From sequence record SRR22947725_4314: DNA of 64,000 nucleotides. The stretch is one strand, 5' to 3'. The position numbers and the translations under genes are program-made. Below are positions 37,336 to 46,114 of this stretch, piece after piece (position 1 is the stretch's first letter; every line of letters begins with the position of its first letter). Below the pieces are notes generated by a model, which did no database searches, was not told the DNA's origin, and saw only the letters and a program-made list of their open reading frames with translations.

Positions 37336-38133
37336 TCAGATCTCTTCAGCGAACCGTGGTGAGAGGCGGCTGAAAATCCAGGTGCCGATCGCAAAGGCGA
37401 ACACGCCCCACGCCGCGATGTACGCCCAGCGCTCGATACTCGGAAACACATTGTCGTACAGGATCTCATGTGAGGCGGTGACAAACGCTCCGGTCGGGGT
37501 CCATGCAGCCCATTTGTTGACGAAGGGGCTTGGGACCTGGCCGATCACGAAGATGATCGGGCTGGCATAAAACAGCAGTTGAGCAACAATGCCCCACAGG
37601 TAGTTGATGTCGTGAAAGAACACATTCGCCGCGGACAGCGCCAAAGCGACGCCCGTCGAGAAGATCCCAATGAGAATCAGCAGCGCGGCCATCGGAATCA
37701 GCCACTGGAACATGAAATGCCCGAAGATGAGAAAGGTTGCAGACAGCACTAAGAGTTCGATACAGACTGTGACGAGCTGGGCGAACAGGATGGAAAGTAC
37801 GAGGTGCTCGTGTGGGAACGCGACCTTCTTGATCAGGCTTGCGCCGCCTTGCACAGAGCCGATGCTCGCCGTGACCGAGATCGCGAAGAACTGGAACGGA
37901 AGCAACCCTGACAGGAAGTACAGCGGGAAGTTCTCGAGACCGCTCGCATTGCCGCGCGGGGGGACGCCGCCGAAGACCTTGAGAAAGATGATGCTGAAGA
38001 TGATCATCTGGCTGATCGGGTTCAGCAGGCTCCACGCCCAGCCGAGGATCGACCCGCGGTACCGCGTCCGAAGCTCCTTCAGGGTGAAAAGATAGAGAAG
38101 ATTGCGGTGGGCCACCGCCGACCGAATCGACAT
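37336..38133 (-). CDS. wzm: Wzm ABC permease
   Basis: RYRGSILGWAWSLLNP, IKKVAFP, RFAEEI. Confidence 0.92.
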   Translation of the reverse strand: MSIRSAVAHRNLLYLFTLKELRTRYRGSILGWAWSLLNPISQMIIFSIIFLKVFGGVPPRGNASGLENFPLYFLSGLLPFQFFAISVTASIGSVQGGASLIKKVAFPHEHLVLSILFAQLVTVCIELLVLSATFLIFGHFMFQWLIPMAALLILIGIFSTGVALALSAANVFFHDINYLWGIVAQLLFYASPIIFVIGQVPSPFVNKWAAWTPTGAFVTASHEILYDNVFPSIERWAYIAAWGVFAFAIGTWIFSRLSPRFAEEI

Positions 38134-38145
38134 GTCGGGGCGATC

Positions 38146-40041
38146 CTACTGGTCGTGTGTCCCGGGCCACGGCAGGCTCGGATAGCGCTTGCGCATGCTC
38201 GTAATGGCGTCGTCGGTGGCGAGATTCGTCAAGGTGATCATTGACGAGGCTTGAACTCGGTACCGCCCCAGGGTCTCGCGGTGAAGTATGGCGTGCCTGC
38301 CTGTGGCGGCCAGCCGAAGCCACAGATCCCAGTCCTCCCAGCCGTAGACCTCCCGATCGTCGTTGCGGTAGCCGCCCAGCTCGGTCCATGTCGAGCGACG
38401 CCACATTGCCTGGGCGTCGATGTAGTTAGCGGCGCAGAGCCGAATGGGGTCCCAAGCGAGTGCGCTGCGGATGTTGCGCTGCGCTCCGAAATCTTCGAGG
38501 ATCGAATACGTCGCAGTTGCCTCGGGGTGTTCATCGAGTGTGTTGGCGAGCCGAGCTAGGCAATGCGGGTACACCTCGTTGTCTGCGTCGATCACGAATA
38601 CGTACTCGCCCTGCGCCGCTGCAAATGCATCGTTACGAGCCGCGGCAAGGCCCTCGTTGGCATCGTTGCCAAGCAACAGCATCGGAACATCGGGATGGTC
38701 AGCGAGGAACTCGGTCACGACGCGCCGCCCGTCATCGGTCGAATGGTCGTCGACGATGATGATCTCGAACTCGACGTCGGTTGACGCGATCAGGCTGTTT
38801 AGCGTGTCCGCGACGACATCGGCATAGTTGTACAGCGTCACGATCGCCGACACACGTGGCGGGGCCTGGCGTTCGTACGCCGGAGTCGATTCTCGCGCGA
38901 CGTTCTGAACATTGCCGTAGCGCAGGACGCAGGCGGTTGCATCGATTCGGCGGAGTAGATCGGTGTCATCGAGTGCGATCTGCTTGGCGGCACTCTGGAG
39001 CGCGGCGTGAGGTCGAAAGACACTGAGCCGCACGGGTGGGGGAACCTTGGAGGCGCCGAGTCTCCACGGCCCGTCAACGGGGTTGGTGGCGCGCATGTGT
39101 GGCCCTATCCGTGGGAGCACCTCGACCTCGAGGCGCCGGAGCAAGGACTCGAGCGTGCGATGCATCCCAATCTCGTTCCGGACGGCGTGCAGGGCCGTGT
39201 CTGCGATCTTTCGATGCGCGTCGACGTCGCCGAGCAGCGTTGTGATGGTGGTGCCCATCTTGTCCAGCGGGGTCGAGACGAAGTGCCTGCCGGCGATGAG
39301 CGGCGCCGATGTGTCGGAAGGTTCGGTGACCACGACGCAACGGTTCGCCATGGCTTCAACCATGCGGGCCCACTCGAAGTACGCAGCGGAGCTTTCGCGC
39401 TCGCGGTGGATGTTCACGAGTAGCTTGGCAGATGCCAGCACGTCGTACTTGTCGGTGCCGAAGATGACACCGGGACTGCTGCCATTGACCGGCCGATCAA
39501 ACTTGAAGAGTCTGAGGTCTGATTGAAAGCTCTGGAGCGCGGGAGCCAGTTCGGCCAGCGCCGCCCCGCGACGATCATCAAGCCCGCCCATGAACAGGAC
39601 ATCGATGGGTCGTTTTTCCAACGGCTGATCAAGCGCGCTGGCGGTGGTCATGGCCGGAACGGCTCCGAGCTGCAGGTGCGAGGCATTGAGGCCTGCTGCC
39701 CGCAGAGCGGCAACGCCGTGCGGGTTGATGTCGAGGCACGCGACGCCACGACGACATGCGTCGATTGTCAGGTCGAACCAGGCGGTGCCCGGCTGCTCTG
39801 TGCCGATACAGATTGCTGCTGCGGCTGCCCGTTGCAGCGTTTCGGGCGGCGCGTCGTACAGTTCGAAGAACTCGTGCGGAGCGACGACGAGATTGATTGA
39901 GCCGTCTGGTGCCGGGAGCTCGCTGCTGACGAGGTCGGCAGCGCGTCCAGTAAGGCGGGCCGCATCGACGATCCACGACGCGATGTCGCGCATGAATTCG
40001 TTGCCGCTTGCGGCAACGAACACGCGTACATGCGCCGTCAC
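38146..40041 (-). CDS. Glycosyltransferase (GT-B-like N-terminal part plus C-terminal GT2)
   Basis: LVNIHR..FEWAR; IVDDHSTD, GLAAARN, IDADN, WEDWDLWLR; GTGA coupling to the upstream gene. Confidence 0.85.
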   Translation of the reverse strand: MTAHVRVFVAASGNEFMRDIASWIVDAARLTGRAADLVSSELPAPDGSINLVVAPHEFFELYDAPPETLQRAAAAAICIGTEQPGTAWFDLTIDACRRGVACLDINPHGVAALRAAGLNASHLQLGAVPAMTTASALDQPLEKRPIDVLFMGGLDDRRGAALAELAPALQSFQSDLRLFKFDRPVNGSSPGVIFGTDKYDVLASAKLLVNIHRERESSAAYFEWARMVEAMANRCVVVTEPSDTSAPLIAGRHFVSTPLDKMGTTITTLLGDVDAHRKIADTALHAVRNEIGMHRTLESLLRRLEVEVLPRIGPHMRATNPVDGPWRLGASKVPPPVRLSVFRPHAALQSAAKQIALDDTDLLRRIDATACVLRYGNVQNVARESTPAYERQAPPRVSAIVTLYNYADVVADTLNSLIASTDVEFEIIIVDDHSTDDGRRVVTEFLADHPDVPMLLLGNDANEGLAAARNDAFAAAQGEYVFVIDADNEVYPHCLARLANTLDEHPEATATYSILEDFGAQRNIRSALAWDPIRLCAANYIDAQAMWRRSTWTELGGYRNDDREVYGWEDWDLWLRLAATGRHAILHRETLGRYRVQASSMITLTNLATDDAITSMRKRYPSLPWPGTHDQ

Positions 40042-40340
40042 GTTCGCTCTCGGAGAAGTCGGACTGCCTTGCGGGGAGCGCGCCCGGCCTTGGCAATCGC
40101 TCGCTTGACCACGCCGACCTTGTCCGGGTGGTGGAGCGCATCGTGAGCCATCGACCGCAGCAGCGCGTGCCGACTCATGGCTGTTGGCAGTGATTCGGCC
40201 AGCGCTCTGACTTCCGCACGTCGTGCGAGCGCTTCGGCCTGCATCTCGCCAAGGGTGCCTTCGGCGACTGCGAGGCGGCGGCGGAGTTCGGCGTTCTCGC
40301 GTTCGAGGTCGGAGTTCGGAGCGTCGCATTGATTGGACAT
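40038..40340 (-). CDS. Small coiled-coil protein
   Basis: LERENAELRRRLAVAEGTLGEMQAE heptads; basic C-terminal helix. Confidence 0.7.
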   Translation of the reverse strand: MSNQCDAPNSDLERENAELRRRLAVAEGTLGEMQAEALARRAEVRALAESLPTAMSRHALLRSMAHDALHHPDKVGVVKRAIAKAGRAPRKAVRLLRERT

Positions 40341-40433
40341 GAGTAACCGAAGCTATCGCTCGTCGTTCGACTGGGCGCGCCAGCTTGGCGGCGGTCAGAG
40401 TCGGCTCCAACCTGACTTGTATCCTGATCCCTC

Positions 40434-40766
40434 ATGACCGACGCAGCGCCTGCCGAGCCCGGCGATGAACTCGAACGCCTCCGTGCGCTGGTCGGGCCGT
40501 CGGAGATCGCGTACGAGTCGCTCCAGGCCGATCGCAATGCTGCGCAGCAGATCGCACAGGCTGCGATGGCAGAGACGGGCGAACTGAACGGCCGTTTGAC
40601 GGAGATGAGCGTCCAGCTCTCGCGGGCACGCCAGGACCAGGACGTCCTGCTGCTCCGGGCCCGAATGACGCCGTGGCGTCGCGTTGTCGACCGGTCCAAG
40701 CGGCGGTGGTCCACCTCGATAGTTCCGCGGGCTTCCCGTGTCGTCGATCGTTTCCGGTCGTCGTGA
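40434..40766 (+). CDS. Small coiled-coil protein
   Basis: LERLRALVGPSE; heptads; paralog of 42564. Confidence 0.78.
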   Translation: MTDAAPAEPGDELERLRALVGPSEIAYESLQADRNAAQQIAQAAMAETGELNGRLTEMSVQLSRARQDQDVLLLRARMTPWRRVVDRSKRRWSTSIVPRASRVVDRFRSS

Positions 40767-42487
40767 ACGGGAATCGATGCACGACCTCAGAACAGCTCTC
40801 GACGCAGCGAGCGCAACCGCGCTTCAGCGTGCTCACGACCGTGTACGACACCGAGCCGGACCACCTTCGGGCCTGTCTCGCTTCGGTTGACGCCCAGACC
40901 GAGCAGTCATGGGAACACATCGTTGTCGATGACTGCTCGCAGCGTCCCGAGGTTGGGGCCGTGCTGGCTGAGTTCGACGGGCAGTCGGGGCGACGCACGG
41001 TGATCTATCGCTCCGACAATGGCGGCATTGCTGCGGCCAGTAATGACGCCTTCGCTGCAGCCTGCGGCGAGTTCGTTGTGCTCCTCGACCACGACGATGT
41101 GCTCACCGTTGACGCGCTCGCCACGATGGGTGGACATCTTCGTGGCGACGCCGACGTCTACTACAGCGACCACGACCTGCTCCGACCCGACGGGCGGTGC
41201 GCCTCACCGATGTACAAGCCGGACTTCTCGCTCGAGCGGCTACGGAACCACAACTACATCACGCACCTCGTCGTCGCGCGCCGGACGGTCGTCGACCAAG
41301 TTGGCGGATTCAGATCTGGTTTTGACGGCGCACAGGATCACGACCTGCTCCTGCGCCTGGCCGAAGTGTCAGCGCCGTTCGACCACGTGCCTGAGGTGCT
41401 CCTGCACTGGCGGCAATCGCCAGCGAGCGTGGCCAGTGACTCAATGAGCAAACCCGAGGCGTACAACCGCGGCGCTCGCGCGGTCGACGATCATCTCACT
41501 CGTTGTGGAATCGACGCCTCGGTGGAACCGGGAAAGTACGCCGGCATCTATCGCATTCGACGGCCGGTTCGGGACCGTCCGACTGTGTCAGTGATCGTGC
41601 CGACCCGTGGTTCGCGCGGCCGGATATGGGGGGCTGAACGCATCTTTGTGCACGAGGCGGTGGCATCGCTGCTCCGCGTCACCGGTCAGCACGAACGAGC
41701 CGGAGCCGAACTCGTCGGCGGCATCGATCTTGAGATCGTGACAGTCATCGACGAGGGAACCGATGCGGTGGTCGAGCGCGGTCTGCGATCGATCGCCGGA
41801 GATGCCCTCACCGTGGTGACATACGGACGTCCGTTCAACTTTGCCGAGAAGATCAACGTTGGAGTGGCGGCATCGAGTGGTGACTACGTTCTGCTCCTCA
41901 ACGACGATACGGAGTTGCTCAATCCTGGCAGCTTGCAGGAAATGGTTGGACTTGCACAGGATCGGTCAGTCGGCATGGTTGGCGCCAAGCTGCTGTTCGA
42001 GGACGGTCGGCTGCAACACGGCGGCCACGTCTATCACAGTGGCTTCATCTCCCACGCGCTCCTTGGCTGGCCGGGAGACCATCCCGGCCCGTACCGCGCG
42101 CTTGCCGTTGAACGGGAGTGCAGTGGGGTGACCGCGGCTGCGGCGCTCTTGCGGCGCGACGTGTTTGACGAAGTTGGTGGCATGAACGAAGCATTCGCCG
42201 TCAACTACAACGATGTCGACTTCTCACTTCGCGTGCGTGCGTCCGGTCGACGAATCATTTGGACGCCACACGCCAGTTGGTACCACTTTGAGCAGCAGTC
42301 GGGGGAGCATCCGATCCTCGACGAGGAAATCTTGACGGTGCAGCAACTGTGGGGTCGCGACATCGATGTCGACCCCTTCTACAACCCGAACCTGGCGCCC
42401 GGGCGCACCGACTGGCTTGAACTGCCGCTGCGCTCAGGTGCGCCTCCGTACGAGGTGCTTCCAGACGGACGCGTGTCGTGGGGCTGA
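40763..42487 (+). CDS. Double-domain GT2 glycosyltransferase
   Basis: VVDDCS, LLDHDD, GAQDHDL; LLNDDTE, NYNDVDF, DPFYNPNL. Confidence 0.9.
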   Translation: MNGNRCTTSEQLSTQRAQPRFSVLTTVYDTEPDHLRACLASVDAQTEQSWEHIVVDDCSQRPEVGAVLAEFDGQSGRRTVIYRSDNGGIAAASNDAFAAACGEFVVLLDHDDVLTVDALATMGGHLRGDADVYYSDHDLLRPDGRCASPMYKPDFSLERLRNHNYITHLVVARRTVVDQVGGFRSGFDGAQDHDLLLRLAEVSAPFDHVPEVLLHWRQSPASVASDSMSKPEAYNRGARAVDDHLTRCGIDASVEPGKYAGIYRIRRPVRDRPTVSVIVPTRGSRGRIWGAERIFVHEAVASLLRVTGQHERAGAELVGGIDLEIVTVIDEGTDAVVERGLRSIAGDALTVVTYGRPFNFAEKINVGVAASSGDYVLLLNDDTELLNPGSLQEMVGLAQDRSVGMVGAKLLFEDGRLQHGGHVYHSGFISHALLGWPGDHPGPYRALAVERECSGVTAAAALLRRDVFDEVGGMNEAFAVNYNDVDFSLRVRASGRRIIWTPHASWYHFEQQSGEHPILDEEILTVQQLWGRDIDVDPFYNPNLAPGRTDWLELPLRSGAPPYEVLPDGRVSWG

Positions 42488-42563
42488 CTCGGTTCGCAGC
42501 CCTGAGTCTGAGTGGGGCAACGGATGAAGCGGCTTTCCAGAGTGATCCCATATGATGCGGTCG

Positions 42564-42878
42564 ATGGCTGAGAACGATGTCAGCGAGGAACTCGCCGAAC
42601 TGCGCTCGGAAGTCGAGCATCTGCGAGCCCTCGTCGGGCCGAGCGAGGACGACTACCGCAAGCTGCAACTCGACCTGCTCGGTGCACGCGACGTCGCAAT
42701 CGCTGCCGAAGCCGAGGCGGGCGTGCAACGGGGCCGCAACCAGCTGCTCGAGACCGAACTGGCCCGCGCTCAGCGCGACTTTCAGTGGTTCCGCGAGCGG
42801 GTGCTGGTCAGGGCCAAAGCGTTCCGCGACCGCAGCCCGGCGATCGGTCGCGCTGCCGGGCGTCTCACAAGTCGATGA
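42564..42878 (+). CDS. Small coiled-coil protein
   Basis: VEHLRALVGPSE; heptads; paralog of 40434. Confidence 0.78.
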   Translation: MAENDVSEELAELRSEVEHLRALVGPSEDDYRKLQLDLLGARDVAIAAEAEAGVQRGRNQLLETELARAQRDFQWFRERVLVRAKAFRDRSPAIGRAAGRLTSR

Positions 42879-44500
42879 GCGTCGTCGAGTCTCGGAGGCG
42901 AACATCGAGCCCACGATTCTCGATCGTCACGCCGGTGTACGACCCGCCGGCAGATGTGCTTCGAGAGATGGTCGAATCGGTGCTGGCCCAGTCGTTCGCC
43001 GACTGGGAATTTGTCCTCATCGACGACTGCTCGCCGTCTGATCACGTCCTGCCGATCCTGCGCGGGTACGCCGCCTCGGACGAACGAATCACAGTGGTTG
43101 AGCGCACGTCCAATGGTGGGATCGTGGCCGCCTCGAACGATGGTTTGGCCGTTGCTCGGGGTGAGTTTGTCGGGTTGCTTGATCACGATGACACGCTTGT
43201 CGTCGATGCGCTCCGACTCGTCGACATGTACGCCCAGCAGTACCCCGAAATGGACTACTGCTACAGCGACGAGGACTTGATCGACCTCACAGGAAAGTAC
43301 GTCGGACCCTTCTACAAACCTGACTGGTCGCCAGAGCGACTGCGAGCGCAGAACTACTGCACCCACTTCTCCGTGTTCCGGGCATCGTTGATTGAACAGA
43401 TCGGTGGTTTTCGCCCAGGGTTCGATGGTTCGCAGGACTACGACATCATCTTGCGCGCCTCCGAGCAGGCACGCGAGGTCGTTCACATACCGTTCGTGCT
43501 GTATCACTGGCGACAGATTGCAACCTCAGTTGCCAGCGGGGATCTGTCGGTCAAGCCCTATGCCTACGACGCTGGCCGCGAGGCAGTCGAGCAGCACTGT
43601 GCTCGGATCGGACGCGATGCCGACGTCACCCTTGGCGACTTCCCAGGTAACTATCGGACGCGACGCCGGACGCCGGTCGACGCACGGATCTCGGTTGTTA
43701 TCCCGACGGCCGGGGAGTCGGCACGAGTGTGGGGAGTCGAACGGCTGCACGTCGTCGAGACGATCCGGTCAGTCCTCGCGCACTCGTCTGAAGTGCTCGA
43801 GTTTGTCATGGTGGTCGAACCTGCCGCGTCGGCTCATGTCCGAGCATCGATTGAACGAGCGGTGCGTGACCACGATGTTCGTATCGTTGAGGCTCCGGCT
43901 GATGCCGGGCGTAACGAACTCGTCAACCTCGGCGGCGTGACGGCAACCGGAGACTTTCTGCTCCTGATGCATGACGACATCGAAGTGGTGACCGATGAAT
44001 TCATCGACGGACTTCTGGGCTACACGGTCGACCCGTCTGTCGGCGCAGTCGGGTGCCTTGCATATTTTGCAGACGGCCGAATCCGTCATGGCGGTTATGT
44101 CCACAACGGCAACCCGCACGAGATCATGCAAGGCTTCGCCGGCGACACGCCTGGCCACCGGGGGATGATGACCGTCGCCCGTGAAACGGCGTCAGTGTCT
44201 GCTGCTTGCATGATGGTGCGACGTGAGGTGTTCTTCGATGTCGGGGGCTTCAGTCGCTCGCTGCACGATGACTTCGGCGATGTTGACTTCGGACTGAAAC
44301 TCCGCTCTCGCGACCTCACTCGCATTTGGACCCCGCACGTCGCCGTCTACGACTTTGGGGTGGTGGTCGACCCTGTCGCGCCCACAGCCGACCGCGAACT
44401 ACTGCAGCGGCGCTGGGGGCACCAACTGCAACACGACCCGTACTTCAACCCAAACCTCCAGCCGGATCGGCACGATTGGGTCGAGAAGGGATTGCGCTGA
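42875..44500 (+). CDS. Double-domain GT2 glycosyltransferase (paralog of 40763)
   Basis: IDDCS, LLDHDD, YSDED, GSQDYD, DPYFNPNL. Confidence 0.9.
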   Translation: MSVVESRRRTSSPRFSIVTPVYDPPADVLREMVESVLAQSFADWEFVLIDDCSPSDHVLPILRGYAASDERITVVERTSNGGIVAASNDGLAVARGEFVGLLDHDDTLVVDALRLVDMYAQQYPEMDYCYSDEDLIDLTGKYVGPFYKPDWSPERLRAQNYCTHFSVFRASLIEQIGGFRPGFDGSQDYDIILRASEQAREVVHIPFVLYHWRQIATSVASGDLSVKPYAYDAGREAVEQHCARIGRDADVTLGDFPGNYRTRRRTPVDARISVVIPTAGESARVWGVERLHVVETIRSVLAHSSEVLEFVMVVEPAASAHVRASIERAVRDHDVRIVEAPADAGRNELVNLGGVTATGDFLLLMHDDIEVVTDEFIDGLLGYTVDPSVGAVGCLAYFADGRIRHGGYVHNGNPHEIMQGFAGDTPGHRGMMTVARETASVSAACMMVRREVFFDVGGFSRSLHDDFGDVDFGLKLRSRDLTRIWTPHVAVYDFGVVVDPVAPTADRELLQRRWGHQLQHDPYFNPNLQPDRHDWVEKGLR

Positions 44501-44564
44501 GGTGCAGCTGGAGTGAAACCCAACCGATCAGCGAAGGCAATAACGTTTCTCTACACTCGTTGCC

Positions 44565-45500
44565 GTGTCGCCCGGACCCGCAGATCCGATAGTCGTCGCT
44601 GTCGTGGTCACGCACGTCGGGCACGGCGAGATGCTGAGCGATTGCATTACATCGGTCTTGGACGCTGGCGGGATCAGCGCGCTGATCATCGTCGACAACA
44701 GCCCGGGCTCGGTCGCAATTCGCACGGTCGCTGACGTCGGCAACGACGCCACCGAGGTGGTCGTGGTCGAGAACCGCGGATTCGGCGCTGCGGTCAATGC
44801 TGGAATCCAAGCTGCCGGTCACTGCGCGTTCAGCGAGGCGGACGATTCGGTCGAGTTCTACGCGGTGCTCAACGACGATGTCACTGTTGAGCCCGGTTGG
44901 CTCACACCATTGCTGGCCGACATCACCACCGACGAACGGATCGGTGGCGTGCAGCCGAAGATCTTGCTCGCTGACACCGGTCCCGTGTTAATCAACAGCG
45001 TCGGCGTGGTGCTGGACCCTGCTGGCGCCGGAAGCGACATCGGACTTGGGGAGCCCGACGGACCCAGCTTCGATCGAGCATCGGACATCTCGATCTTCTC
45101 GGGTGGAGCGGTCCTGTTGAGCGCCCCATTCGTCTCAGACCTCGGTGGCTTCGACGAGCGTTATTTCCTCTACTACGAAGACGTCGACCTCGCGCTGCGC
45201 GGTGCCGAACGAGGGTGGCGGTTCCGTTGTGTCCCAGACAGCAAAGTGCATCATGCCGCGAGCTCCACGACGCGGGGGCTGGGCGACGAGGTTCGTCGTT
45301 TGCAGGAACGCAATCGACTGTGGACGGCGTTCAGATTCGGCTCGGCGAGTACGATCGTGCGGGCCCTCTGGCTTTCGATGCGGCGACTCCGACACGAGCC
45401 CCGACGGATCCACGCCAGAGCCCTCGCAGCCGGCCTCGCTGGCGCACCAATCAGACTGTTCGAACGCCGCCGAGCGGCACGCCTGAACTCGCCGAGTTGA
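44565..45500 (+). CDS. GT2 glycosyltransferase (WbbL/rhamnosyltransferase-like)
   Basis: NRGFGAAVN, VLNDD, GFDERYFLYYEDVDL. Confidence 0.88.
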   Translation: MSPGPADPIVVAVVVTHVGHGEMLSDCITSVLDAGGISALIIVDNSPGSVAIRTVADVGNDATEVVVVENRGFGAAVNAGIQAAGHCAFSEADDSVEFYAVLNDDVTVEPGWLTPLLADITTDERIGGVQPKILLADTGPVLINSVGVVLDPAGAGSDIGLGEPDGPSFDRASDISIFSGGAVLLSAPFVSDLGGFDERYFLYYEDVDLALRGAERGWRFRCVPDSKVHHAASSTTRGLGDEVRRLQERNRLWTAFRFGSASTIVRALWLSMRRLRHEPRRIHARALAAGLAGAPIRLFERRRAARLNSPS

Positions 45501-45521
45501 CCGCAGCGCTGCAACGGATTG

Positions 45522-46109
45522 CTAGGTCAACGGCCTATCTTGCTTGTCCTTCTTGGCTGCCTTCTGAGCTTTCTTCCAGTCTCGCACCCTGCCGAGCGAC
45601 ACTTCGTCGGTGATGTCGGCGACCGAGCGGGGGACGTCGTCGCCGAATTTGCCGGCCGCATTGCGCCAACCTTCGGGTGCAACACCCTGGGTCTTGCCAA
45701 GGATCGCGACGAAGATCTTCGACTTCTCGTCGCCGTAGCCAGGGAGGGCCCTCAATCGTCGGAGCAACTCCTTGCCGGAAGTGACGCCGGTCCACAGATT
45801 TGCTGCGTCCCCGTCGTACTGGTCGGCCACGACCGCGCAGACCTGATGGATTCGCTTGCCCATCGAGCCAGGGAACCGATGAATCGCTGGCTTCTCACAG
45901 CAGATGCTGACGAAGTCGTCCTCGGGCATCGCGGCGATCTTGCCCGGGTCGAGGTGCCCGAGTCGTTCTTTCAGTGTCGATGGGCCAGCGAAGGCCCATT
46001 CCATGGGAACCTGCTGGTCAAGCAACATGCCCAGCAGCAGTGCATTGGCGTCAGTGTTGAGCAAATTGTCGGCGGCTGCGTCGCCGGTGATGTAGAGCGT
46101 TCCGGTCAC
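45522..46109 (-). CDS. HhH-GPD-family protein (actinobacterial type)
   Basis: LLGMLLDQQVPMEWAF.GP, HRFPGSM, LPGYGDEK. Confidence 0.85.
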   Translation of the reverse strand: MTGTLYITGDAAADNLLNTDANALLLGMLLDQQVPMEWAFAGPSTLKERLGHLDPGKIAAMPEDDFVSICCEKPAIHRFPGSMGKRIHQVCAVVADQYDGDAANLWTGVTSGKELLRRLRALPGYGDEKSKIFVAILGKTQGVAPEGWRNAAGKFGDDVPRSVADITDEVSLGRVRDWKKAQKAAKKDKQDRPLT

Positions 46110-46114
46110 CGGTG

